Assembly: GCA_964016885.1 (NCBI GenBank) | Contig: OZ024743.1 | Location: forward strand, 350,176,001 to 350,240,000 | DNA from: Eledone cirrhosa | Lineage: Eukaryota | Direction of reading: 5' to 3' | DNA length: 64,000 nucleotides | In this document: positions 28,471 to 42,489 of the stretch, piece after piece | Layout of the letters: each line of letters begins with the position of its first letter | How positions within the stretch are numbered: the first letter of the stretch is position 1 | The notes under the pieces: model-generated | What the model was told of the DNA's origin: nothing | The model's input: the letters and a program-made list of their open reading frames with translations, nothing else | Database searches by the model: none | Position numbers and translations under genes: made by a program

Positions 28471-28581
28471 CAGTACACGTTAAACCAGTCACCTTCTTTC
28501 CAGGAGCACACATACATTCATATGTGCCGTCCTGGTTAGTACATTTGCCTTCACAATTACTTTGCTCACATTCATTGATAT
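28471..28581 (-). CDS. Exon: calcium-binding EGF (DINECEQSNCEGKCTNQDGTYECMCAPG...CT)
   Basis: cbEGF consensus; atttcag acceptor, gtaagt donor; 111 nt. Confidence 0.92.
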
Positions 28582-28685
28582 CTGAAATTTGAAGAGATTC
28601 GTGCATATAAGTTTAAAAAGTATAGTGGGTGTATGTGTTGAATAACAAATTATATGCATGTATACACACACACACACATACACAC

Positions 28686-28752
<67 letters not shown>

Positions 28753-28859
28753 CGTAAAAACTGAAAGGGAAAAAGCACAGGTTATTTTTAAAGATTACTT
28801 ATTCTTTAATCCGACAGAATGAATATTTTTTATAATTGATACATTAAAAGGATTTTCAT

Positions 28860-29650
28860 TTTATCATTCGTGACTGCACCATGCTTTGAAATAACTTAAT
28901 GATACGAGAGGTGTGTGAGATCGCCAGTAATTCATTGCAAGTTCACCTTTCTAAAAACTGGGACGAACCTTCTCAAGGATACACCCAGAGTCCATGGAGT
29001 TTATCCGCAGATTAGCAAGAGGGGAAGCAAGTTGGTGTCAACGCACCTACAAACTCTGCTCTGTTGTACTTAATTCCGTTTATTGCATGACATAATAAGC
29101 GCCAAACTTTATGTCAGATATAGTGTGTTTGGTGTTAACATCACTGATATAACCCAGATCATACATATCACAATTGCTGAAAACAGATCGGTATTGTTTC
29201 TGCTCTATCTTCCCCATTGTTTTGGATAATGTCATTTTCCAACAATCAGAGGGCCAACAGTAGGGTTTTTTTCGCAAATGAAATGAACAATTTGGGATTA
29301 GGTTTTATTTTCTCAATGTCCCATTCCTCCTCAGCTGTACTTTCGTTATTGATATTTAACATGCATTTTTGGGGATTATATATTTTTTATTCGGGCAGTG
29401 TATTCGGGCAGTCGAATGTTTCTGTTGCTGCTTACAATATTTAGTTTGTTGATTTTTTTTACTTTGTTAATTCTTGTTATTTTTACGATAAAAGTTTTTC
29501 TGCACACAGTTATGTTCACAGATCTTGATGGGTTAAGTTTTTCACGTACGTTTGAAAGTGTCTACAAATATCTGCCAAGATGTTTTGGATGTTGATGTAG
29601 GCATGTGTGAGTGACCAGTCAATGTGCCATAGTTTGTTAATGGCTGCTTC
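28860..29650 (-). mobile_element. Highly decayed CR1/L2/jockey-type LINE ORF2 fragment
   Basis: Remnants EKIKPNPKLFISFAK, KQYRSVFS, ISHTSRIIKLF. Confidence 0.5.
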
Positions 29651-29704
29651 CTAGTTTGGATTATGAAGATATATAATATAATATATATATATAATATGAA
29701 TAAA

Positions 29705-30321
29705 ATGACGGACAGTCCTGTCTTCTCGCTCTATTTTTATTCATATGTATCCCATTTGCAACAACGCAGCACGCCATTTTTCATTTATATTTTTCCCTCC
29801 GCTGTGACCAGTCTGTTTCTTTCTTACTGCTATCCTCTTTCTCTCGCCCTGTATCTCTTACCTTCATTTCACCTCCTCTGCCAGTCACTCTCTCTCAGCT
29901 GGCCTCTTCCCCACACTTTCACTCACTCACTCTCTGCTACTCCCCTCTCTCACTTCCTCCCGTCAGACCTGTGTGAAATCCTTTTCTCGCTCACATTTCA
30001 CAGGGTCTGGACGTGTGTCTTTCTCTCCTCGTCTTTGATTTGCTCGAACTTAAGTTCACAGATATCACGGACTTGTTTCCCATCTTACTCTCTTTCGATT
30101 GCATTACCATCTCTGTTTGTTTACATGTCTCGCTCGCTTCACCCTATTCTACGTGTCCCAATAACTTTTTTTAGTTATTGCTCGCATCAGCCAGAGGTAT
30201 ATGATATTTAATGCGAAGAAAAACTAATGATGGCTGGAAGATCACTGATGACGGACAGTCCTGTCTTCTCGCTCTATTTTTATTCATATGTATCCCATTT
30301 GCAACAACGCAGCACACCATT
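29705..30321 (+). repeat. Direct repeats of about 74 bp bounding a 543-bp unit (pLTR-like)
   Basis: atgacggacagtcctgtc...gcagcac(g/a)ccatt at 29705 and 30248. Confidence 0.75.
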
Positions 30322-30509
30322 GTTCATATATATATAATATATATATAATATATATATAATATATATATATAATATATATATAATATAATATAAGGTATAT
30401 TAATATACGGTTAGTTTGCAAGCAAACGGTCTCACAACACCATGTGTGTTCTTTGGATGACTGACCTCATCATTTTGTTTCAGCGGTAGCAGACAGAAAA
30501 TAGATTCTT

Positions 30510-31470
30510 TCATCTTCCAACATAGATGTTCTCAATAGCGTTAGACGGGATAACATCCTAGAGACATGTCTCAGGCGAGCCCCCTCCATCTATCCCCTCG
30601 TTCACCTTTCATATGGAGGACCCAACTCACTCATGGCCGCCAACAAAAGGGTAATTTCCGTCACAGGTGTCCCACAGGGGGACCGACTCGGCCCGCTCTT
30701 ATTCGCGCTGGCAGTCGACGAGGTAGACCGGTCGGTCTGGTCACTCCTCAACGTCTGGTACCTCGACGACGCGACCCTGAGCGCTCCGACTGAGACGGTA
30801 GTTGAGGCACCTTGGACAAATCATCCCAGCTCTAAAGCTCCTTGGACTTGGGATTAACCCAACCAAGTCTAAGGTGACCAACATCAGCTACGGAGAGGCC
30901 AAATTCCGCAACGCCGTACTCTGCTCCCACACCTTCGTGGCCGAAGCCGGCTGCCACTCAAGGACGCCGCATGCATTCTCAGCTCCCCCATTCTCCCGAA
31001 AGCCATAGGAGAATGCTTGGAGACCAAGCATGCGAACTTGACCCGATTAAGAAAGAGATTGCGCCTCATTGACGCTCATCCACGCTCTTCCTCTTGAGGA
31101 ACTGTTTAGCCCTACCTAAACTTATATTCGCGTTACGCGGTGCACCTTGCCACCCCCACGCAGATCTTCTCGGGAACTTGATGCCACCATTCGATGTTGT
31201 GCGGAGTTCATCTGCAATGTCAGTTTCGACAGCGCAGGCTGCCAACAGGTGACAGACCTCGGCCTCCGATCAGCTTCGGACCTAGCTTTACCTGCCTACA
31301 GCTCCTATATCTCCTCCAGTCGCGCTCTCATCAGCGAGGTTCTCAGCCAGACGGCCGAACACGACCTGACCACTGAGATGGAACAGGCTCTGGCCTACTA
31401 GAAAGGTGAAGGTCTCTTTATCCCCCAGTATACTACGGCCCAACGTAACTGGGACGACATCAATTGCAGT
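30510..31470 (+). mobile_element. CRE-clade retrotransposon RT fragment, degenerate
   Basis: GVPQGDRLGPLLFAL, LNVWYLDDATL, LFLLRNCLALPKL, LGLRSASDLALPAY. Confidence 0.8.
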
Positions 31471-31473
31471 GGT

Positions 31474-31536
<63 letters not shown>

Positions 31537-31591
31537 TATTCACACACATACAGTAACACTCATATAGGCACATACTCCTACACACACACAC

Positions 31592-31690
<99 letters not shown>

Positions 31691-32243
31691 AGTACGCGCC
31701 TTTATGAGTGATACTGTATGTGTGTAAATATGCGCATAAGGGGGTCCAACTATCTATGTGATTAGATATAAGAATGGATATGTGGCTATGTATAAACCTC
31801 CTTTTTGAAGAATGTTTATGGCAGTGCTTTTTCTATATATTCTGAAATGATATGCAATATAAATTAATTTTAAGAATAATCTGGCCACATCTTACTTGCA
31901 TCTAAGTCTCACTAGAAGTCTTTATTTACAAAATTCGATGTTGCGACTTAGCTTAAATATACATCCCATTTTATATGACAAAATATTAGTTATACTCGTA
32001 TAATTGTAAAATCAAATCGTGGAATAATATAAAAACAAAATGATATAAGGATATGTTATGCTATATCATATAGAATTATATAATATGTTATGCTGTATTG
32101 TATTATGTTATATTCTATTATATATTTATCAAGTTATATATTATACATTACATTACGTGATACGCGGTTATGTACGTAGATATGCTTGAATATGTGTTTA
32201 TATATATACGTATGTGTATATATGTATATATACAAACATATGG

Positions 32244-32532
32244 TGGAGGCACGTGGCCTAGTGGTAAGAGTGTTGGACTTACGATCATAATGTCGTGGGC
32301 TCGATTCCTGTGTTGCGTGTTGTGTTCTTGAGCAAAACACTTCATTTCACGTTGCTCCAGTATACTCAGCTGGAAATGAGTACCATCAATATCTGGAGGT
32401 TTAACCCTGCGATGGACTGGCGTCCTGTCCAGGGGGGGGGGTCTTGTACTCTCAGTCGCTTTACGCCATAAAACCGGGATAAGCACCGGCAAAATGGGCC
32501 TTCTGGCTTAAGACAGACTTTAGACTTTTAGA
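32244..32532 (+). mobile_element. tRNA-derived SINE family 2, full length
   Basis: tRNA head, cttgagcaaaacactt core, aaccctgcgatggactggcgtcctgtccaggg body, (agacttt) tail. Confidence 0.8.
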
Positions 32533-32739
32533 CAAACATGTGTTAGTTCATTCGGAAATTAATTACACTTATAGTATTCCATAGTAAAAATAGAAACTTT
32601 ATTAAAAATTATTATCGTTTACTACGTAGGTAAACATTGTTCTAAACTGACAACACGAACCGTAACTTGATCATTAATACACTAGATATTTGTAAGAATA
32701 ATTTGGCACACTAAACATCAAGACAAGTGTTTGACTTGT

Positions 32740-33140
32740 TGTCTTCCTGTTTCTTCTACAACAACTACAACGGTACGCGATGGGGCCCACCGACAGCCTC
32801 AGCGGACAGACTGGAGAAGGCGTTTCCACGGAGGACGGCAAGGGAGACGCGCTGGAAAAGCCACTCCAACTAGCGGGGCTCACACCTGTGGCTGGCCAGC
32901 TCAGCGCTTATGGTGGTGATTAAGGAGGTAGCCCTGTGGCCGAGGACACCAGAAGTCTCCACTGCCAGGGGTACGAGCACAAACCTGTCGGAGAGCGACC
33001 GGTATTTGGAGAGTGTTGGCCCCGTCAGCACGACGTGCAGCAGAACCTGGGTCAGTGCAGGTTGCGACTGCAGAAAGTGTCGCTGCAAGTGGCATCCCAG
33101 ACGAGGGGTTTTCCACCGCGGAACGGGAAAATGGTCATGC
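32740..33140 (-). mobile_element. CRE-clade 3' (RLE) fragment
   Basis: GKPLVWDATCSDT, KYRSLSDRFVLVPLAVETSG, FQRVSLAVLRGNA. Confidence 0.78.
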
Positions 33141-33480
33141 CATGTATTTACAGGATAAGATAGTAGATAGTACTTGCTTAGCTCCTCTTCACTATCACGT
33201 GACACTGAACGTGGAGCTTACTACTGTAATGGCAAATTCACACCAAGACAGTAGGCTAGTAACTGACCTGTTCTGAAGAGGCTAATTCCTCGCTGCGTAA
33301 GCCGCTCTTAGGCAATGAAGTAATGATTGATAATAGCATTACCTAATTTCTGTGAACGCCAGTCCAACATGAATTTTCGCTAGCAGATGGAGTAGCGGGA
33401 ATTACTCCGGGACCAGAGAATCAAACACCCTCCCACATGAAATCGTTTATCCCACTATTTAACGTATTAGTGTGTACTCT

Positions 33481-33800
33481 TAGTGGTTAGAGCGTTGGGC
33501 TTATAATCGTGAGGTTGTGAGTTCGATTCTCAGACCGGGCTTTGCGTTATGTTCTTGAGCAAGACACTTTATTTCACGTTGCTCCAGTTGACTCAACTGT
33601 AGAAATGAGTTGCGACGTCACTGGTACCAAGATGTATCGGCTTTTGCTTTTCCCATGGATATCATCGCTGGCATGGAGAGGGGAGACTGGTATACGTGGG
33701 CGACTGCTGGTCTTCCACAAACAACCCTGCCCAGATTGTAACGCGGAGGGGAAATTTCTAGGTCCAAATCCTATGGTCATTCGGGCAAGAAGAGTGTGTG
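33481..33800 (+). mobile_element. tRNA-derived SINE family 2 variant with a different 3' body
   Basis: Same head and core as 7138. Confidence 0.7.
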
Positions 33801-34060
33801 GGGGGGGGGGGGGGTCTTCTTTACTCAGTGTGTGGTCTTCTTTCCTTATGGTTAGTGTGGGAATATATAACATATATAAAATATATATTTTATATGTATG
33901 TAAATTTGTGTTACCAATGTAAATGAAAAATTAATACTTACATGTTTCATTTTTAAAATGCCAATAATTAATGATGGTATTGCTAAATTTTCAAATTAGG
34001 TTAACAAAAAATCGTAATATGCTACATATATAATAAAATACCGCTGCAAAATATACTTAC

Positions 34061-34177
34061 CAACACAATATGATTCATTTTCTATCTTGTAACCCTTTTT
34101 GCAGAAGCACTTTGATTCCTGGTTTTCAGCATAACATCCATGGGCTTTGATGCATTTGTTAGCACAAATGTAGCTCT
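34061..34177 (-). CDS. Exon: EGF-like (ESYICANKCIKAHGC...CFCKKGY...CV)
   Basis: Six cysteines; tcacag acceptor, gtaagt donor; 117 nt. Confidence 0.9.
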
Positions 34178-34381
34178 CTGTGAATAGAAATTGTTGCATG
34201 AATCCCTTAGTAATTTTTTATTTGATTATTCACATATACTGTGAAGGCACATACATGTACCTATACCCCTTACAATGGTAATACCACCCCCATATCTAGA
34301 GGGTTACGTTCCACCAAAACTGCATGAGTAAATTAAAAGGTAAATTCAAAAACAGTTTATGCATAAAAGTAGTAATCTTAC

Positions 34382-34519
34382 CTGAAATATTGACATTCTC
34401 TTTACAGGTGCCATTACTAAGTAATTTATATCGCGAATAGCAGTAACATGTGTAACTACCATCGGTATCATTACACAATTGCTCGCAATTATCAATATTT
34501 AGTTTGCATTCATCGATAT
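34382..34519 (-). CDS. Exon: calcium-binding EGF (NIDECKLNIDNCEQLCNDTDGSYTCYC...)
   Basis: cbEGF consensus; atttcag acceptor, gtaaga donor; 138 nt. Confidence 0.92.
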
Positions 34520-35232
34520 CTGAAATTGAAGCAAAATCTCTAAATTTATTCAAAGTTTATATTATGGTAAATGAGTATTAACTATATCAAATTATACCAA
34601 GTGTATAAAAACATCTTAGGGTATTAGTTTTAGTACATTTTGCTCTAGCCTTGATTGACCCGAGGCTGTAAAAGCTCAGGAATTTGTATAAAACTGCTTA
34701 CATTTGTATTAAGAAATATATAGTGTTATATATTACAGCAGTACCATGTTTATATGTTTTGTATATACTCAAGCTGCATCATTCCTTATTAATCCATTGT
34801 TGACAGGTTAATCCTTATGTTAGCTGCCCGGCTGATGTTGTGGTAACACATGTATACTTCAATTGTTTACTCCGAATGGTTTTATTTGTTTTAAACGTAT
34901 GTAACTTATGTGTAAAGCGGAGAACTATTGGTTTCCTAAAACGATGGATATACCGTTGTGCGGTATTTTTTTCAACTTTCCAGGATGTACGCGAAAAACC
35001 AGATGAAATAAACGTAAATATCAGGAAATAAACATTGTCGAAAATCTTTGAGTGTGATGACAAGATTGCTACCAGAGTCAGGCCGATGGTATAAATTAGG
35101 ACCTTTAGCTAATCTTCTGCTAAACACGTGTTACATCTGATGAAGAATAGAAATAGGTCAAATTCAAATACGGTCACTTTCATTTAATGTAAATTACTAT
35201 GTTGATTGCATTCGGTGCGAATTTCACTCTTT

Positions 35233-35386
<154 letters not shown>

Positions 35387-35557
35387 ATGTAGGAGGTGAG
35401 TTTTATTGTAGTACAATAAAGCAATGCAGATATCGGATAAGAAGCACTCTACAGTTTGTAGGACTGGAGTATACATAATATATAAGAACAAAAGATATTT
35501 TGATTTAAAACTGAACTATCCACAAATGTTTTTTATCCTTCATATCATGTCCTCCTG

Positions 35558-35624
35558 TTTTATCTGATGAATACACAAATATTATTGCATGATGATATTT
35601 GTTTTTGAAATGCGCATAATAAAA
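35558..35624 (+). ncRNA. Minimal type I hammerhead
   Basis: ttttat-CUGAUGA-(acaaatat/atatttgt)-GAAA-tgcgca-UA-ataaaa; palindromic stem III. Confidence 0.7.
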
Positions 35625-35640
35625 TACATGGAACTCCTTT

Positions 35641-36527
35641 AAGAAGCTAGATTTACCATCTTTCTAGTAGGTCCGGGTAAGCTTTTTACATTCACATGAT
35701 TTATTGATTTATTGATATTTTATCTGAGTGACCCGAATCTTCCTGATCGTAATTTTTCGGTCGTATGGTTGATTTTAGACATAATCTATGTGTGTTGGTA
35801 TTTTAACGATAGTTATAGCTCTGATTTATCTGAATTATTGAGCCCTCTGCCACTCATGTCGAATTTTGTTTATCGTGAACTCGTGCGCCGATTTTTCGAT
35901 ACTCGATTATTCTACTATATTTAGCTCTAGACTTAGCTATTGACCAGTTAATTTTATTGTTCATTTTTTGTCGATTCTATTAAATGATGAATAGCTCCTG
36001 TTTATTTTAACATGTCTATTGAGCACTCTTATTCGATATGTGATTTTCCACATTCCCGAATATTTTTCGCGGATATAGAGGTTATCTCCCTTGCTGGATT
36101 CCATGTGCGTTTTCAGCTAGGGTTGGCTTTTTTATTCGTCTGGACAAAGCTCGTTGATAAAGTATTTCCTGTCCGCCGCTCTCTAGAAGTCTTATATATT
36201 TTTATGTGGGCTGATAGTGGGCGGTTTAAGGATTTACAGAAACCCAAGAAGCTAGATTTACCATCTTTCTAGTGGGTCCGGGTAAGCTTTTTACATTCAC
36301 ATGATTTATTGATTTATTGATATTTTATCTGAGTGACCCGAATCTTCCTGATCGTAATTTTTCGGTCGTATGGTTGATTTTAGACATAATCTATGTGTGT
36401 TGGTATTTTAACGATAGTTATAGCTCTGATTTATCTGAATTATTGAGCCCTCTGCCACTCATGTCGAATTTTGTTTATCGTGAACTCGTGCGCCGATTTT
36501 TCGATACTCGATTATTCTACTATATAT
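35641..36527. repeat. 282-bp near-identical direct repeats, 605-bp period
   Basis: 35641..35922 matches 36246..36527 with one mismatch seen. Confidence 0.9.
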
Positions 36528-36529
36528 AT

Positions 36530-37630
<1,101 letters not shown>

Positions 37631-37668
37631 ATATATATATATATATATCTATCTATCTATATATATAT

Positions 37669-37888
37669 AGAAGTGGTAACACAATAGTTAGTTCACCATA
37701 CCGAGAACTATTGTTTCACCTTAGCGGATCTTCAGCTCGGGATGGCCATCCCGACCTGAAGATCCGGTAAGGTGAAACAATTGTTCTCGGTTTTGTGAAC
37801 TAATTGTTGTGTAACCACTTCTACCTAACTCGTCCCTTGGACTGAGTGCTCTACCACTACGGATATTACCTTCCAGTGTTCCACCACT
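37669..37888. repeat. 155-bp palindrome with hammerhead arms plus 65-bp tail
   Basis: Centre gggatgg|ccatccc; ccgag-CUGAAGA..GAAA-caattg-UU-ctcgg. Confidence 0.88.
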
Positions 37889-38655
37889 ATATATATATAT
37901 TTATTTATTTATTTATTCAATTTAAACGTCCGTATAGAGTTAGTAAACCATGGCAAACTAGGGAAGTATCGAGTACTTCTTTGGCAATCAAAGTGAGACA
38001 AGTAATAAACAACATAGAAAAAACAACTAAAAATATATGCATATTGTTATTGAAAAGATCCCACATTTTGTGATGAAAGAATTTGACAAGTAACTAATGT
38101 ATGAACTAATGGATGGGTTGGTTGCTGAACTCATGATAAGCGAAATGAACCTCAGCTGGTGCCTGTGTTTTTATTGGCTGCATGATCCTCTCATATATAA
38201 CAATATATATATATATATATCTGAAATCTAAGATTTCTTTAAATAAAGGCTGTTTTGCAAAACGTAGATCATATAATTATGGATGTATATTAAAAGAGTG
38301 ATTTTCTTCATCTAAAAATAAATTTTGCTATACTGTATTACGAATTGCAACTTATATAATTCACACTATAACATCAAGCGTTGCTTGTTGTATGGCAGGC
38401 TCGTATATTTCTGACACTTTTGCCATTAAGTGTGACATCTTTCCCCAGAGGCGTAATATGTTCTGATAAATTAACTACAAGAAAGATGGTGTCTCTAGTT
38501 TCACAATGTGGCATAATTCTGAAGGATATGGACAGTATTTTGAGAATAACAATCGGTTTAAATTTTCGGGTCCATTGAAAATTGTAAATATCATTATTTG
38601 TCAAAACTACATAAATATTCTCGTTTGAGTTTTAAAATATGTAGTTAATACTTAC

Positions 38656-38772
38656 TTTCACACTTTGTACTATCAACCAGAGTATAACCAGTTTTGCATG
38701 AGCATATGTAACTGCCATCAGTATTTTCACATTTATGACTACAACTGTGGTTTCCGCTGCATTCATTTATAT
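38656..38772 (-). CDS. Exon: calcium-binding EGF (DINECSGNHSCSHKCENTDGSYICSCKTGY...)
   Basis: Not in the ORF track. DINEC...C-x-N-xx-GSY-x-C-x-C consensus; tacag acceptor, gtaagt donor; 117 nt. Confidence 0.93.
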
Positions 38773-38889
38773 CTGTATGTATGAGAATATATTTGACATG
38801 TTTAGTCTATAATCAATTTGTAATTGCCTATACACCAGATTTATATGGTACTACGTGCAATTATTTTTTTAAATTACTTCCATGACCAT

Positions 38890-38970
38890 ATTTCTAATAA
38901 AAGATACTTTATTTCTAATAAAGGATACTTTATTTCTAATAAAAGATATTTATTTCTAATAAAAGATACT
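38890..38970. repeat. 21-bp tandem repeat, about 4 copies
   Basis: tttctaataaaagatacttta units. Confidence 0.85.
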
Positions 38971-39819
38971 GGAACACAAAGATTTTCCGTAAAGTTCTGA
39001 TATATTTTCTTTAGAAAATGACCAGTTTTGCATTCTAAAACAAAGTAGTTTGCTATCAAATATATTAAATAATAATTACTGATTTTTCTAACAGAAGCAC
39101 AAGGTAAAATATTATGGGTGGTAAGGCATGATTGACACTTAATACATAACAGATAATAATTTTATCAACTACGTAAAGATAAATAAAATTGTCTTCAACA
39201 GGATTTGATCGCAGAATGTAAAGTAAGGCAAGAGATTTTTGTCGACACTCTATCAATTTACCCACGGACAATACTTGTTAGACGATAATCATTAATTATT
39301 AAAACTTGTGTATACATTCAATTTTTAAAATGTTATGCACTTTATCTTTATTGTATACTGTTACCGAATGTTTATAAAATGAATAGAGAACAGAATTAAA
39401 TTTATTGAAATTTAATTAAATTTTGCCAATTAATCACTCCGTCATCTCTTCTGACTTCATCAGACCCACCAACCTCCACTCCTACCTGTCGCCACCTTCT
39501 AAACTACCCTGGCTGTGTAGCTTTCTTTCTCCTTTCCAGGTGTCCTCCCTATTAAGTGGGCTTGCGACGTTAGGAATCATTTTGTCTACAGATGACTTCT
39601 ATTTGCCATCTCATTTAGTGAATCTGACCGTTGCACCCGACCCCATTACCATGATCCAACGTTTCCCCAATCGCATTCGATACAACAATAAACTTCAGTT
39701 CAGAGCATCAATTATATAAGTTTAAACGATATATAACAGAATATATCAATAGTGAAAACTAAGGATTTGGCATGTATAGTGAACAAATAATATACTAATA
39801 AAACTAAATACTTTATATG

Positions 39820-40658
39820 TAAGAGAGGTGTTTAAGTAACAGAGGTGTCTATAATCTCTGTTACGTTTGCGATGCAGGAAATTATCGAACAACGTGGTAA
39901 CATTTTGTGCCGACGAGTTTGCTGCCTAAACATTTAATTCTTCAACACAGCTTATGAGATGTTACGCTATCGAAAATTAAAGTTTGTATGTGACACAAAG
40001 ATTTGAAAGATGGCCGAGAAAATGTTGAAAAGAAACCTCGTTCGGAAAGACCAATCTCGTCAGCAAATTAAAACAATGTCGAGGCGGTGCGAACGGTGAC
40101 GAGGAAAGATCGCTAATTAAGTGTTATGGTGATTGCAGAAGAAACTAGTTTGGATAAAAATGCATTTCACAGAATCTTTACTTCCAGAACAGACAGTTAA
40201 TCGCAACTTCTAAAAACATGTCTTCGAACGACATCGAAAAAGGTTCAGTTAGTGCGAAAGGATATTACAGGAGATTGTGTACTGCACCACGATAACGCGC
40301 CTGTTTATACAGCACTTTCAATTAGAAGTTTTCTGCAGAAGAAAATTCCCACTCTTCCGCATCCTCCCTACAACTCAGATCTAGTTCCGTGTGATTTTTA
40401 CCTCTTCACTAAGTTGAAATTGAAGTTGAAGGGTCAGCATTTCTAGATTGGGGAAACATACAATATTTTAACCGATGAACTAAGGACATTCACAAAAAGA
40501 TGACTTCCAGTACTGCTAGGAGCAATAGAAAAAATGATAGAAGTATTGTGCGATTTCCAAAGTATCTTACTTTGAAGGGGATAAATTTTAATTTCATTTA
40601 CATCTATTATACATTTAAATAAACGTCAGTACACTTACTTTGGCGACAAGTATTGTAT
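39820..40658 (+). mobile_element. Tc1/mariner (mariner-type) transposon remnant, internally deleted
   Basis: HHDNAP, HPPYNSDLVPCDFYLF..LK..LKG; decayed N-terminal HTH region; TIRs not resolved. Confidence 0.8.
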
Positions 40659-40806
40659 ACAGAGAGATAGGGAAAGAGTTAGAGAGAGAAAGAGAGAGAG
40701 ACAGAGAGAGGAGAGAGAGACAGACATCTATGCTTATATGTATTTCATTGCCTCTAAGAACATATAAGGTTCTAGGATTATATCGTTATTGTAATTGCAG
40801 GCATAC

Positions 40807-40968
40807 CTTGACAACGTGATGCATTATTTATAATGTAACCTGTTGGACAAATACACTTGAAAGATATATTATTTGCTTTGTGCTCAGTTGCATTTAAATC
40901 AATACAGTTTCCATTTCCAGGACAAGGGTTTACATTGCATCCATCGAATTCTTTCTCACAGTTGTCAC
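40807..40968 (-). CDS. Exon: EGF-like (GDNCEKEFDGCNVNPC...FKCICPTGY...CQ)
   Basis: EGF cysteine pattern; ctatag acceptor, gtatgc donor; 162 nt. Confidence 0.92.
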
Positions 40969-41089
40969 CTATAGATAACAAAGAGAATTTTTATCAGACG
41001 TATGTGAATACAGATTTGTTTTCTAATTAAATGTTTAATTTTTTTCACTGACCACAAATGTATATTCTCGATACATTTCACTCTGAAAT

Positions 41090-41275
41090 TAATTGTTTCT
41101 ACTTTTTGGCACAAGGCCAGCAATTATCCCAGTACATTACTGGTACTTTATTTTATCGACCCCGTAAGGATGAAAGGCAAAGTTAACCTCGGCGGGAATT
41201 GAACTCAGATCGTAAAGGGACGTAACTATGCTGGAGGCATATCTGAACCTCTACCGATACTGCCAATTCACCGCC
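41090..41275 (-). mobile_element. SINE family 1 with 13-bp TSD
   Basis: TSD ctctgaaattaat at 41081 and 41275. Confidence 0.85.
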
Positions 41276-41860
41276 TCTGAAATTAATATAGCTTATTTAG
41301 TATTTATTTCCCACGCATTAGTAAGGATAAACATATTCAACTGGTTAAAATGTCATTGATCAACGGTATCTCTCTATGAGGTATCCTCCAAATATATATA
41401 TTTAGGAAAAAAGAGCAGTTGATTATATAGTTTTCAGTGAAAAATTAATATATATTTTATTAATCCTTCGAGGAAAATATAGTGAAGTTTCACCTCGGTA
41501 AAACTTGATATCAGGACATAAAACGGCAGTAACTGGGTTTCGTCACCGGCCTTTTCTTGAGATATGTATAATAAAATACGAAGAAAAGAAATAAAATATC
41601 AGTCGAGAAATGCAGTGGAATTGTGTCAGCATCCAAATCATAAAAAGTACGATATTTGACTCCGAGAAAGGTTTAGTGATTATTCATGAATATATCAATT
41701 TCTATGGTGTCTTTTAATGGCTAAAATGAATCTTACCTGTTGTAATTGCTTAAATTCAACACTTGGTCTCAGATTAAGTATTTTGCCAAACAATTACAAT
41801 TAGGAAATGCATAGAAAATAGTATTATGCATAATATTTTATATAAAATCATGATTCTCAC

Positions 41861-42024
41861 CATCATATTCCTGATTACAATCACATGCTTGTAGAACAAA
41901 GTTATCTTGACTAGTTTGTGGCTCATTGTCTGTACAGATTCCATGCTTAGAACAACCACTACAGAGTTTAATATTCATAATGAATTCGGAAGAGGTGGCG
42001 TTTTGGGGATCTCTAGCGACAATA
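41861..42024 (-). CDS. Exon: end of beta domain plus first EGF (SIVARDPQN...CSGCSKHGIC...CDCNQEYD)
   Basis: ttttcag acceptor, gtgaga donor; 164 nt, phase 2 to 1. Confidence 0.9.
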
Positions 42025-42489
42025 CTGAAAAAGAAAAAGGCCAATATCAGATATGCACAGTGACTTATTACACAAGATAGATTAAAGCTACCTTAGTGCT
42101 CCTGCTAATAAATTATAAACGGCCACGTTCGCATTATATACAAATGAGCATTTTCCAGTCGGTGTTTTCTACTTGATTATATGCAAATGAGCATCTCCAG
42201 CAGATGTTCAGGCATTCTTGACTGCTACTGACATTACATGACGTGTTCACAGAATAAAACAGAAAAAAAAAATCTGTTAATTTTTTTTTTTTTTACAAAA
42301 ATGCAACTCTCTGATAATGTCCAAAGTGTTTATTGAAAATAAACATATAGTATATGTCTTCATATACATCCATATTACAATTAATGCTATCTTACTGCTA
42401 CTTCAATATATATATATATATATATATGGGGGGGGGGGCTGTGTGTGCGTGTGTGCATGTTATTATTATATATATATATATTATATATT

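Noticed and set aside
38969-39035. Exon-like ECKTGHFLKKIYQNFTENLCVP with a good acceptor
   Set aside because: The only nearby GT gives phase 0, incompatible with the flanking phase-1 exons; two cysteines only
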